This document shows positions 1 to 8,619 of a stretch of 64,000 nucleotides of DNA, piece by piece. This stretch comes from Rhodospirillales bacterium (lineage in GTDB: Bacteria; Pseudomonadota; Alphaproteobacteria; Rhodospirillales; UBA2165). The notes beneath the pieces were generated by a model. It had not been told where the DNA came from, did not search any database, and saw nothing but the letters and a program-made list of their open reading frames with translations. How positions within the stretch are numbered: the first letter of the stretch is position 1; each line of letters starts with the position of its first letter. A program made the translations under genes and the position numbers. The DNA lies in contig JAOMCN010000005.1 in the NCBI GenBank assembly GCA_028345065.1, positions 6,184 through 70,183 of the forward strand, written 5' to 3'.

Positions 1-1029
1 TTTCAGGCGCTCGTAAATGAAGTTTCCGGCGGGCAATTCATACTTGGCTGCTCCGGTGGGGCAAACACTGGCACAACTGCCACATCCTGCACAAACATGG
101 GGATTTATCACTACTTCGTCATTTCCGGATGTAATCGCACCGGTTGGGCATACGTCAAGACAGCGAGAGCAACCAACTTGTGTGCTTCGGGCGTGGACAC
201 ATATCTCCGGGTCATACTTTATGTATCTGGGCTTTTCAAACTCACCTACTAGATCGGTAATTTCAAACAGCGCTTTTTGGACCAGCGTGGGATTGCCGAT
301 ATCGGGATGAAAATACCCATCCCGTTTCTCAGGCGCAGTTACCAACGCCTCGCCCGTCGAAACATCAACCACTAGATCGGCGTTTAATTTAACACCATCT
401 GTCTTTTGTTGTCCCATTTCGAAGTTAGTTCTTGATGAGACTTGAACCGGCGCGTATTTGTCGACTATCGCCTCAAAAGCCCCTAAGTGTCCCGATAAAG
501 ACGAGATTGTACCAACAAACACTGGGAGATCCATAAGTCGGGGCGGCATTACGTCTTTAGCGTCTTTTATTATACAGGTGACGTTTAAGCGGGAAGATAG
601 TTGCTTAGCTATTTCCAGTGCAATTTCGTCATCACCGTAGACTAATACCGAGCCCTCAGAGGTCATACTGACACTGGTTGCTAAGGGAGCGTCCAGAGTA
701 GATTCGGTGAGCAAGGCTTTGATTTTTGGCAACGAGCCCTTCGCATCATCAGACCATCCTGCCCTTTCCCTGATATTGGTGTACGAGACATTTGTCGTAG
801 GTTCAATCTCGGCAGCTTTTTCAATAAAAAAGGGTGCTTCCTGAGTGCACGCGACGACCATCGGTTTGCCTTCCGAAACGGATTTGGAAAAATTTTCTAT
901 CTGCGATCGGCAAAGATGAGTATTAATCTCTAAATCCATTCCCTTAAACACCTTAGACAATGCCTTTTTGTCGAATTTAATTGTTCCCTCACAGTCGCAA
1001 ACAAGTACATTTTTATCATTTATCTTCAT
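1..1029 (-). CDS. Large 4Fe-4S dicluster iron-sulfur protein, N-terminal 343 codons (C-terminus lies beyond the window start)
   Basis: Absent from the ORF track because it runs off the window edge. Manual reverse translation from ATG at 1029 gives MKINDKNVLVCDCEGTIKFD... The frame stays open to position 1. Two ferredoxin-type motifs lie near the edge (CVHARSTQVGCSRCLDVCPTGA and CAGCGSCASVCPTGA). It starts 4 nt after the tupA stop, which suggests co-transcription. Confidence 0.75.
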   Translation of the reverse strand, partial: MKINDKNVLVCDCEGTIKFDKKALSKVFKGMDLEINTHLCRSQIENFSKSVSEGKPMVVACTQEAPFFIEKAAEIEPTTNVSYTNIRERAGWSDDAKGSLPKIKALLTESTLDAPLATSVSMTSEGSVLVYGDDEIALEIAKQLSSRLNVTCIIKDAKDVMPPRLMDLPVFVGTISSLSGHLGAFEAIVDKYAPVQVSSRTNFEMGQQKTDGVKLNADLVVDVSTGEALVTAPEKRDGYFHPDIGNPTLVQKALFEITDLVGEFEKPRYIKYDPEICVHARSTQVGCSRCLDVCPTGAITSGNDEVVINPHVCAGCGSCASVCPTGAAKYELPAGNFIYERLK

Positions 1030-1033
1030 TGCC

Positions 1034-1924
1034 TTAATTCCTAAGCTTAGGTGAAGTGTTTTTAAATTGATTTTTTTTATAACTCGCGGCATTGGCAAAA
1101 AATGTTTGCTTGCCACTAATCCGAAAACTATTGATTGCCGCTTGGCCGTCATTGGAAATTACCCACCTTATAAAGGCTGATGCCAGGGGTGCTTTAACGT
1201 GCTTGTGGCGGTCTGGATTTACCATGGTTATGCCGTATTGGTTACGCATTGACGGATCACCTTCAAAAAGAACAACTAACGATCCCTTGTTCTGAAATGC
1301 CATCCAAGTGGATCTGTCCGCAAGTGTGTATCCGTTTATAGAGCTAGTTAAATTTAAGGTTGCTCCCATCCCTGAACCCGCTTCACGGTACCACTTGCCG
1401 CTAGAATCTACTAAATCGACAGGTATCGTGCGCCAGAATTCAAGACTTTTTTTGTGCGTTCCGCTTTCATCCCCCCGAGATACGAATATTGATTTAGCCG
1501 CAGCTACTTTTTCGTAAGCCTCAACCACGTTTTTGGCATTTTGAACGTCGGCTGGATCATCTTGGGGTCCAACCACTATAAAGTCATTGTACATGACGTC
1601 GTATCGTTTAACACCAAATGCATTCTTAACAAATTCTACCTCTGATATTTTATGGTGTACAAAGAGAATGTCAGCGTCTCCCCTCTCCGCTACTTTAATG
1701 GCTTGACCCGTTCCCACACCCAAAACCCTCACTGAAATTCCAGTCGTTTTTGTAAATATAGGCAAAATGTTTTTGAAAAGGCCAGAATTGACCGTTGAGG
1801 TGGTAGACGCAACAACAATAAAGCCATTCGTGGCAAAGGCATTAGTAAATGATAGCAAGAGCGAGACAATGACTATGGCTAGCGACCGTTTAAACTTTAC
1901 CAAATCCCTTGGAAATAGTCTCAT
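1034..1924 (-). CDS. tupA: Tungstate ABC transporter substrate-binding protein (TupA-like)
   Basis: 296 aa with a signal peptide and periplasmic binding protein fold signatures. Contains the TupA-type anion-binding motif region VVASTTSTVNSGL. Its ATG overlaps the upstream ATPase stop (ATGA). Confidence 0.75.
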   Translation of the reverse strand: MRLFPRDLVKFKRSLAIVIVSLLLSFTNAFATNGFIVVASTTSTVNSGLFKNILPIFTKTTGISVRVLGVGTGQAIKVAERGDADILFVHHKISEVEFVKNAFGVKRYDVMYNDFIVVGPQDDPADVQNAKNVVEAYEKVAAAKSIFVSRGDESGTHKKSLEFWRTIPVDLVDSSGKWYREAGSGMGATLNLTSSINGYTLADRSTWMAFQNKGSLVVLFEGDPSMRNQYGITMVNPDRHKHVKAPLASAFIRWVISNDGQAAINSFRISGKQTFFANAASYKKNQFKNTSPKLRN

Positions 1925-2739
1925 TTTTGCCGTCGTTCCTTCAACTGTTCAGGTGGTTTTAACTCTTGGCGGTTCCACCATAATAACTCACCGCGCATAA
2001 ATGATTGTGCCAGGTCATTGTTTGGCTTTTCAAAAAACTGACCCGCATCAGCTTGTTCAAGTAAACGTCCCCTATATAAAAACAATACTTCGTCCGCAAG
2101 TCGCTTGGCCTGTCCAAGATCATGAGTCGACATAATAATTTTAGTTCCAGACTTTTTAATAGCACCTATAATATTTTCTAACGAATGTGTGGCGGCAGGA
2201 TCGAGAGCCGCAGTGGGTTCGTCCATGAACAACACCTCTGGATCAAGAGACCAAGCTCGCGCGACAGCTAATCTTTGTTGTTCTCCAACTGACAATAATC
2301 GTGCTGGAACTTTGGCCAGACGGGACAATCCCGTATGCTGCAATATATTGTCTATCTTTTGAGTGCGCCCCGCCTTATTAATTCCCCGATACTTGAGACT
2401 ATGGCTGAGATTGGCAATAACGCTACGCCTAAGCATAACTGGTCGCTGGAATACCATTGCTTGATAACGCTGGGGGACGCTGACCTTGGGTCCACACCAG
2501 TCGACTGTTCCTTTAGACGGTTTAATGAGACCGTGACAAAGTCTCAATAGCAGACTTTTGCCCGCTCCGTTTGGGCCTAGAATTACGGTCAAAGAACCAA
2601 AATTAAAAGTTACACTCAAGTCCTTAATCAAGCGCATTCCGGCTTTTTCATAAGACACATTTTTTAATACGAGGGGCAAAATACGAACGGATTTGTTCTC
2701 TACGTTGTTGGGAAGAGTTTCGTTTGTTGAGCTATCCAT
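1921..2739 (-). CDS. tupC: ABC transporter ATP-binding protein (tungstate uptake, TupC-like)
   Basis: 272 aa. Walker A GPNGAGKS, ABC signature LSVGEQQR, Walker B LFMDEP. Overlaps the permease and tupA at both ends. Confidence 0.8.
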   Translation of the reverse strand: MDSSTNETLPNNVENKSVRILPLVLKNVSYEKAGMRLIKDLSVTFNFGSLTVILGPNGAGKSLLLRLCHGLIKPSKGTVDWCGPKVSVPQRYQAMVFQRPVMLRRSVIANLSHSLKYRGINKAGRTQKIDNILQHTGLSRLAKVPARLLSVGEQQRLAVARAWSLDPEVLFMDEPTAALDPAATHSLENIIGAIKKSGTKIIMSTHDLGQAKRLADEVLFLYRGRLLEQADAGQFFEKPNNDLAQSFMRGELLWWNRQELKPPEQLKERRQK

Positions 2740-3433
2740 GTCGCTTCATTGCCGCGTCATTAATAATAAATGCTGCGGCATTCACACTTAATGCCAACGC
2801 AAGTAGGATGATCCCGAGCCCTAGAGCCAGTGCCAAATCTCCCTTGCTTGTTTCTAGAGCTATGGATGTTGTCATTACTCGGGTAACATGATCAATATTT
2901 CCGCCTACAATCATTACTGCTCCTACCTCTGCACTTGCGCGGCCAAACCCAGCTAATATGGTTGTAATCAAACTGAAACGGTTATCCCAGAGTAATGTCG
3001 TCACGGCTCTCCACGGCCCGATACCAATTGAGTGGAGATGTTCAGCATATTCCTGCCAGAGGTCTTCTGTAGTTTGACGTGTTAGCGCTGCGATGATTGG
3101 GGTTACAAGGCAGATTTGTGCGATGATCATAGCTGTCGGCGTATAAAGCAAACCCAGCGTACCAAGGGGTCCGGAACGCGACAACGTCAGGTAAACGATA
3201 AGTCCAACGACCACCGGAGGAAGTCCCATCATCGCATTAAGGATTACAGCGATTGCGGTGCGTCCGGGAAATCGGAAAACAGCAAGTGCAGCACCTATTG
3301 GTAGGCCAATCAGACAGGCGATGGCTACTGCAATAATACTTACCTGTAACGACAAGAGAACAATCTCTGCCAAGCCGCTTTCAAAGTTAATAATCAATGC
3401 CATCGCCGCTGCAAAGGCATCTCCAATTTCCAT
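2732..3433 (-). CDS. tupB: ABC transporter permease (tungstate uptake, TupB-like)
   Basis: About 233 aa, polytopic and hydrophobic. The track ORF starts at TTG 3436. The adjacent ATG at 3433 is preceded by GGAAGGAAAAGG and is preferred. Confidence 0.75.
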   Translation of the reverse strand: MEIGDAFAAAMALIINFESGLAEIVLLSLQVSIIAVAIACLIGLPIGAALAVFRFPGRTAIAVILNAMMGLPPVVVGLIVYLTLSRSGPLGTLGLLYTPTAMIIAQICLVTPIIAALTRQTTEDLWQEYAEHLHSIGIGPWRAVTTLLWDNRFSLITTILAGFGRASAEVGAVMIVGGNIDHVTRVMTTSIALETSKGDLALALGLGIILLALALSVNAAAFIINDAAMKRHG

Positions 3434-3595
3434 CAACCTTTTCCTTCCACCTAAAGTTTCATGGTTTTATTCTTACCGATATTATACTAGCATTTCACAT
3501 AACTTGGTTTGCTTACAATACTTGTATTTTTTCTCAATATAGGAAGGTAAGGTTTGTGAGCCAAATGTGACTTGAGGGTTTAGGAGATAAATTTA

Positions 3596-4162
3596 GTGCC
3601 CATTCCAGAAACAATGAAAGTTGGTGTAGTTATCGAACGTCGAGAATCTGACAACCAATGGATCGATCACACGTGGCAAGTCGTCTCGTTGATCCCAGGT
3701 GCGGCGGAGGTAGACCAAACGAATGAAATCGGGAGAGGTCAAGGGTGGGTTCAATTCCACGCCGCCACTTTACCTCTAGAACTTTTCCGAAAAGAAACGG
3801 AAGGTTACAAATATAACCTGTCGCTCGACCAGCCTTCAGTTTTTGTTGTTCTAAGAGACGATGATGACGGAGACGATGATGACGGAGACGATGATGATGA
3901 CGGATCAAGTGAGGTCATCCCATTTTTGGCAACTGTTTGTCCCTACGAAGCACAGGATTACATGGACAGCAGTGAGGAGACGGTGCAATCCGTACCTATG
4001 CCAGATACCGTAGCATCTTGGCTTGCAGAGTTCGTTGAGACCAATCATGTTGATGAACCATTCAAAAAACGGAAACGTAAGGCTTTCGATCCAAGGAAAG
4101 AGGGGTTTGATAGGCCGCCGCCCAGAGTATCGAAGAAATGGGATCGATTTAATTATGAATGA
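3596..4162 (+). CDS. DUF3305 family protein with a poly-Asp/Gly insertion
   Basis: 188 aa (GTG start at 3596; alternative ATG at 3614, MKVGVVIERR). The N-terminal MKVGVVIERRES..NQW..H.W region is typical of DUF3305 proteins encoded next to molybdopterin oxidoreductases. Family recognised from memory. Confidence 0.65.
   Translation: MPIPETMKVGVVIERRESDNQWIDHTWQVVSLIPGAAEVDQTNEIGRGQGWVQFHAATLPLELFRKETEGYKYNLSLDQPSVFVVLRDDDDGDDDDGDDDDDGSSEVIPFLATVCPYEAQDYMDSSEETVQSVPMPDTVASWLAEFVETNHVDEPFKKRKRKAFDPRKEGFDRPPPRVSKKWDRFNYE
3857..3904 (+). repeat. Three tandem copies of a 15-nt unit (gacgatgatgacgga, last copy 18 nt) encoding DDDDG repeats inside the DUF3305 gene
   Basis: Direct reading of 3857-3904. 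The protein segment is DDDDGDDDDGDDDDDG. Confidence 0.9.
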
Positions 4163-4814
4163 TCAACCTGAAAATGATGGTGAAGGGTTTGTCGCCAGAT
4201 GGTCTCGCCGAAAAATTGAGGAAAAAGAGCCGTCAAAAGAAACAAAAATTGAGGTCTCTAAACTGGAAGAGGGTGCTCCCCTGGACACAAAATCAACCCA
4301 GGATGTGGGCGAAGAGGGAGAAACTAATGTTGATGACCTTCCCGATGTTGAAACCCTCAACGAAAGCTCTGACTATACACCATTTTTAAAAGACGGGGTT
4401 CCCGAAAAATTGAAGCGTTTGGCTTTGAGAAAATTATGGAAAAGCAATCCAGTGTTTGGAATCATCGATGGTTTAGACGACTATGATGAGGATTATAGCG
4501 CAATTGGTATCGTCGCCCAAGAAATTTTCACCAACTACAAACCGGGTAAGGGAATGGTTGATCCGAATGAAGCTGAGGAAGAAATTGACGAGGTTGTAAA
4601 AGCAGAAGGCGAAGTTGAACCCGAAGAGGAAGCCAGAGATCTGGGTGAGATGGAGGCCGAGGAGGACGAAGTTACGGACAATCAAAAGAGTGTTGAAGAA
4701 CAAACGGTTGATGCTGAACAACAAATAGTCGCGGTTTCTGACGATATCGCGGAGGCAGAAACGGGCGATTTAGAGAAGCCAATTCCACAAAATTCAAAAA
4801 AAGCTAGTCAATAA
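4155..4814 (+). CDS. DUF3306 family protein (acidic)
   Basis: The track ORF starts at 4023, but the in-frame ATG at 4155 gives MNDQPENDGEGFVARWSRRK, the characteristic DUF3306 N-terminus. This ATG overlaps the DUF3305 stop (ATGAATGA), consistent with translational coupling. Confidence 0.65.
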   Translation: MNDQPENDGEGFVARWSRRKIEEKEPSKETKIEVSKLEEGAPLDTKSTQDVGEEGETNVDDLPDVETLNESSDYTPFLKDGVPEKLKRLALRKLWKSNPVFGIIDGLDDYDEDYSAIGIVAQEIFTNYKPGKGMVDPNEAEEEIDEVVKAEGEVEPEEEARDLGEMEAEEDEVTDNQKSVEEQTVDAEQQIVAVSDDIAEAETGDLEKPIPQNSKKASQ

Positions 4815-5901
4815 CGATTTTGGGTGTTTTTTGGAGGGTATTTAATTTCTCTAGACTATCTTGGAGCTTCTTTGCGATGTCCATATAGGCCTTTGCATGG
4901 GGACTACTGGCCTTGCTGATTACTATTGGGCGACCGTTGTCCGAGGTTTCTCTTATTCCAATATCCAGAGCGATTTCACCGAGAAAGTCTATTCCAAATG
5001 TCTTTCCTAGTTTTCTGGCGCCGCCGTGATTGAATATATCCGATCGTTTGCCGCATTCCGGGCAAATAAAATGGCTCATATTTTCTATGATACCCAGGAT
5101 AGGTACATGGACCTTGCGAAACATATTGATGCCCCTACGTGCATCCATAAGGGCAATATCTTGGGGGGTCGAGATAATAACTGTCCCGGCGAGTTCGGTT
5201 CGTTGTGCGAGGGTTAATTGCGCATCTCCTGTTCCCGGTGGCATATCTACAATTAAAATGTCCAAAGGTGCCCAAATAACATCATTAAGCATTTGCTCCA
5301 GAGCACTCATTACCATAGAGCCGCGCCAAATCATGGGGTCATCCTCTCCCACGAGGAAACCCATCGACATACACTTGACACCATAGCTTTGCAGCGGTTG
5401 GAGGCGATTTTCACCAATCGATGACGGGTGTCCGTCGACACCCATCATACGCGGTATGGAAGGGCCAAAGATATCGGCATCCATGATACCAACTTTGTTT
5501 CCCAACCTCGCTAACGCCATTGCAACGTTCACAGCCGTCGTTGACTTGCCTACACCACCCTTACCCGATGCAATAGCGATTATTTTATCAACACCTTCTG
5601 CGCCTAATTTTTGGTCGCGCGTTTGATTTGCCGTTTGTGCCTCGGCATCTTTCCTCTCTTCTGTGAGAACAGCGGTGACGTTTTGAACTCCGGGAACACC
5701 ACGAATTGCCTTTTCACAGTTTTTACGAACGCCTTCCATCATCTCTATCTGATCCGGTGTGGTTTCGATAGATATATTTACGATACCATCGCGTACAACT
5801 AGTCCCGATAGGAGTTTTAGCGAGATGATATCTCCCTTCTGTCCAGGAACGGGAACTTGACTTAATACCTGCTTAATCGTGTCGTCAGAGAGTTCATTCA
5901 A
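4804..5901 (-). CDS. apbC: Mrp/NBP35/ApbC-family iron-sulfur cluster carrier ATPase
   Basis: 365 aa. Deviant Walker A ASGKGGVGKST, and a CPECG motif typical of Mrp/ApbC. Confidence 0.9.
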   Translation of the reverse strand: MNELSDDTIKQVLSQVPVPGQKGDIISLKLLSGLVVRDGIVNISIETTPDQIEMMEGVRKNCEKAIRGVPGVQNVTAVLTEERKDAEAQTANQTRDQKLGAEGVDKIIAIASGKGGVGKSTTAVNVAMALARLGNKVGIMDADIFGPSIPRMMGVDGHPSSIGENRLQPLQSYGVKCMSMGFLVGEDDPMIWRGSMVMSALEQMLNDVIWAPLDILIVDMPPGTGDAQLTLAQRTELAGTVIISTPQDIALMDARRGINMFRKVHVPILGIIENMSHFICPECGKRSDIFNHGGARKLGKTFGIDFLGEIALDIGIRETSDNGRPIVISKASSPHAKAYMDIAKKLQDSLEKLNTLQKTPKIVID

Positions 5902-6052
5902 GGTTTGATACCGGGGTAAAAGATACTGCGACAGTTGCTACTTGCTAGAGGCCCTGATAATTTTCCAGAATTTTTAAATTCTATTGTTTTGATCTGATCT
6001 TTATATCAGTATCCTGCGAACTTGTAATGATATTAAGGAATTGAGGGTTATT

Positions 6053-7012
6053 ATGTTAAGGCAATTTTGGACTTTAATGCTGGCCTTTTTAGTCGTCCTT
6101 GCCGTCCCAAATGCTGGAAATACAACGTTTAACGGCCATGTCAGCATTGTTAATTCCGTCGCTTTTTCATCGAACGGGAACCTGGCTTTATCGGGAAGCT
6201 GGGACTGGACCATGCGGCTTTGGGATCTATCTACGCATAAGCCCATCCGAAAATTCAAAGACCATACTTTGAGTGTTAATGACGCGGTGTTTTCACCAGA
6301 TAGCAAAATGGTTCTATCGGCCAGTGCAGACGCCACCTTAAAGCTTTGGAAAATTTCTGATGGTAAACCGTTTCGCACTTTCAAAGGGCACACCGGTATG
6401 GTGACAGCTGCCGCTTTTGCACCAAACGGAAAATTTATACTTTCGGGAAGCACCGATCAATCGCTGATTCTTTGGGATTTGAAGTCTGGTGCCATTATCC
6501 GGCGGCTCTTGGGGCACCGGGGACCCGTCCTTGCGGCTGTGATATCGTCGGACGGATCTTCCGCAATTTCGTCTAGCTACGATGGGACACTTAGGCGTTG
6601 GAACCTGAATTCGGGGCAGACTGAGACAATATTTGAAGGTCATAGATTCAATGTAAATGATGTAGCGCTCTCAAATAACGGAGAGGTGATGGTGTCGGGT
6701 AGTGTCGATGAAACTGTCAAGATTTGGGACGTGGCAACTGGGCAAATATTGAAAACCTTATATGGTCATGAAGGTTTTGTAGCGTCTGTCGCAATTACAC
6801 CTGACGGTAGAAGGGCTCTTTCAGCCGGGAGGGATAGGATTGTCAGATTGTGGGAAGTAACATCAGGAAAATTAATTCATTCAATGAAAGGGCACGAAAA
6901 AGCCGTCTGGAGTGTAGCTTTTTCGCCAGATGGGAAAACGGCGTTATCTGGTGGGGGTGATGAAGTCCTGAGACTCTGGGATCTGTCGAGCGGATTGGAA
7001 ATTTCCAAATAG
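6053..7012 (+). CDS. Secreted seven-bladed WD40 repeat protein
   Basis: Signal-peptide-like N-terminus MLRQFWTLMLAFLVVLAVPNAG. Seven regular units of about 42 aa each end in LWD/LWK/RWN/IWD/LWE. ATG 6053 is preceded by GAGGG; the track start is TTG 6041. Confidence 0.85.
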   Translation: MLRQFWTLMLAFLVVLAVPNAGNTTFNGHVSIVNSVAFSSNGNLALSGSWDWTMRLWDLSTHKPIRKFKDHTLSVNDAVFSPDSKMVLSASADATLKLWKISDGKPFRTFKGHTGMVTAAAFAPNGKFILSGSTDQSLILWDLKSGAIIRRLLGHRGPVLAAVISSDGSSAISSSYDGTLRRWNLNSGQTETIFEGHRFNVNDVALSNNGEVMVSGSVDETVKIWDVATGQILKTLYGHEGFVASVAITPDGRRALSAGRDRIVRLWEVTSGKLIHSMKGHEKAVWSVAFSPDGKTALSGGGDEVLRLWDLSSGLEISK

Positions 7013-7025
7013 GTATAACCTGTTC

Positions 7026-7436
7026 CTACGGTACCACAATCATTTTCATGTAGGTAATTAGTGCGCGACGGTCGTCAGCCTTGGATAGCCCATTGAACGG
7101 CATCCGGTTATTAGGGATCATTTTATGGGGAGCCTCTAAATACGTATCTAGGGTTTTGGTGGTCCAGATGAAATCTGCCGTTTTCCAGGCTTCGGAATAG
7201 TCGTAATCGGCTATAGCACCAGCCTTCCGGCCGAACATTCCATATAAATTGGGGCCAATTCTGTGTCCTTGATGCTGATTATATGTATGGCAATGTATGC
7301 ATTTTTTAAATAATTTTTGGCCGCGCTGAACCAGCGTTTCAGCCCCTAAAGCTGTATAATTTAAAATTGTAAATAATGTGATCCCGGCTACCACGAAACA
7401 AAGGAAACCTGATAAATGGTGGTACTTCATAGGCAT
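7026..7436 (-). CDS. Membrane-anchored mitochondrial-type cytochrome c (CycM-like)
   Basis: N-terminal TM helix. One CIHCH haem-binding motif and a downstream NRMPF Met ligand region. The track start is TTG 7445; ATG 7436 or 7430 is more likely. Confidence 0.8.
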   Translation of the reverse strand: MPMKYHHLSGFLCFVVAGITLFTILNYTALGAETLVQRGQKLFKKCIHCHTYNQHQGHRIGPNLYGMFGRKAGAIADYDYSEAWKTADFIWTTKTLDTYLEAPHKMIPNNRMPFNGLSKADDRRALITYMKMIVVP

Positions 7437-7563
7437 AGCGTCCAATTCATAAAATTAAGGTATACATTTCGTATAATACCCACAAAATTTATACTGAATT
7501 TATTTAATCCACAATAGGTCTAAATTCGTTGTTTCGGTTAGTGTCGGAAGCCTATTGTATCCA

Positions 7564-7592
7564 TTGACACCCAATTAAAGACGCGGTAGAAT
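7564..7592 (+). promoter_or_regulatory. Candidate sigma-70 type promoter upstream of the FDH operon
   Basis: TTGACA (7564-7569), a 17-nt spacer, then TAGAAT (7587-7592). It lies about 60 nt upstream of the TorD-like gene start. Confidence 0.45.
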
Positions 7593-7653
7593 TTCCTGAG
7601 TTTAAAAGATAAAGATTTAGAAACTGGATCAAGGTTTAAAAAAGGGAGTTGCT

Positions 7654-8265
7654 GTGGAGGCGATACCTCTATCCCCTCAATTTGATGTCTCTGAGGAAGA
7701 GCTTTCTCGAGCTCGCCTTTATCGTTTGTTGTCGAGGCTTCTCGGGGCGCCCGCGGATGAGGAGTTGCTCGTGTTGCTGCGAAGCTTGAAAGGCGATGAC
7801 AGTCCTCTCGGACAAGGCTTGGCAGCATTGTCCGAGGTGGCGGCCAGGTTGAGTGTTGAAGAGGTGGCCCAGGAGTTTCATGACCTGTTCATTGGCGTTA
7901 CACGAGGCGAGCTACTGCCGTATGGCTCCCATTATTTGACAGGTTTTTTGAATGAGAAGCCTCTGGCCGAATTAAGGGGTACTATGAGCGAATTGGGGAT
8001 AGCGCGGTCCGATGCAGCATCTGAGCCGGAAGATCATATTGCCTCTTTATTTGAAATGATGCACGGCATGATTTTGGGCGATTATGGAAAACCGGTATCT
8101 TTGGCGGATCAGTTCAAGTTTTTTAAGGATCACGTGGAGACGTGGTCAATAAAGTTTTTTGAGGATTTGGAAGCGGCAAAGTCGGCGCGCCTGTTTATGT
8201 CGGTGGGGCTGATTGGTCGGTTGTTTTTGGAGATTGAAGGCGAAGCCTTCAAAATAGCGGCTTAA
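7654..8265 (+). CDS. TorD/DmsD-family redox enzyme maturation chaperone
   Basis: 203 aa. GTG start preceded by AAAGGGAG. The N-terminal ARLYRLLSRLL pattern and its position directly upstream of a TAT-exported molybdoenzyme fit this family. Confidence 0.7.
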   Translation: MEAIPLSPQFDVSEEELSRARLYRLLSRLLGAPADEELLVLLRSLKGDDSPLGQGLAALSEVAARLSVEEVAQEFHDLFIGVTRGELLPYGSHYLTGFLNEKPLAELRGTMSELGIARSDAASEPEDHIASLFEMMHGMILGDYGKPVSLADQFKFFKDHVETWSIKFFEDLEAAKSARLFMSVGLIGRLFLEIEGEAFKIAA

Positions 8266-8337
8266 AATAGCCGGCGTTTGAATTAAGACTCAACGCCCGT
8301 GACACATTGGAATGCGGGCAAAAAAGGAGAGAGAAGT

Positions 8338-8541
8338 ATGAAAAACGAAAAGAGTAAAACATCTGGTGCGCGCCGGGAGTTTTTAAAAACTGCTACTCTG
8401 GGTGTCGGAGTTGCCGCGGTTGCTGGAACCCTTTTGAAGGGTGACGATGCTAAAGCTAAAACGCCGCTCAAAAGCCTGGAAGGTGCCGGCTACAGTGAAA
8501 CGGAACATGTTAAAAAATATTACGAACTGGCTCGGATGTAG
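8338..8541 (+). CDS. Small twin-arginine signal protein (formate dehydrogenase region TAT target family)
   Basis: 67 aa from ATG 8338, preceded by AAAAAGGAGAGAG. Twin-arginine motif ARREFLK. The C-terminal YSETEHVKKYY closely matches the conserved Y-x-x-[TS]-x-H-[IV]-x-x-[YF]-Y tail that I recall for TIGR02811. Confidence 0.7.
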   Translation: MKNEKSKTSGARREFLKTATLGVGVAAVAGTLLKGDDAKAKTPLKSLEGAGYSETEHVKKYYELARM

Positions 8542-8619
8542 GTGTTTAGGGATCGTCCGGGTAGAATATTGACTGAATACTTATTACTTAATTGTGACAT
8601 TCAAGCTTAGGAGAGGCAG

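Noticed and set aside
3437-3595. Possible Moco/Tuco riboswitch or ModE operator upstream of tupB and the DUF3305 gene
   Set aside because: I read both strands and found none of the conserved Moco-motif elements, and only a weak imperfect dyad around 3476-3508. A TATAAT on the minus strand (3481-3486) lacks a good -35 element. Covariance-model scanning (Rfam RF01055) would be decisive.
4023-4154. Upstream extension of the DUF3306 ORF, as given in the ORF track
   Set aside because: It lies inside the DUF3305 coding region in another frame. The ATG at 4155 gives the typical family N-terminus and a coupled ATGAATGA junction.
6001-6453. 150-aa minus-strand ORF
   Set aside because: Antisense to the WD40 repeat gene, which shows seven clear repeats in the plus frame.
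7615-7630. Irr/ICE-like half-site TTTAGAA upstream of the FDH operon
   Set aside because: Only one half of the TTTAGAA-N3-TTCTAAA dyad is present. The second half (GGATCAA) does not match.
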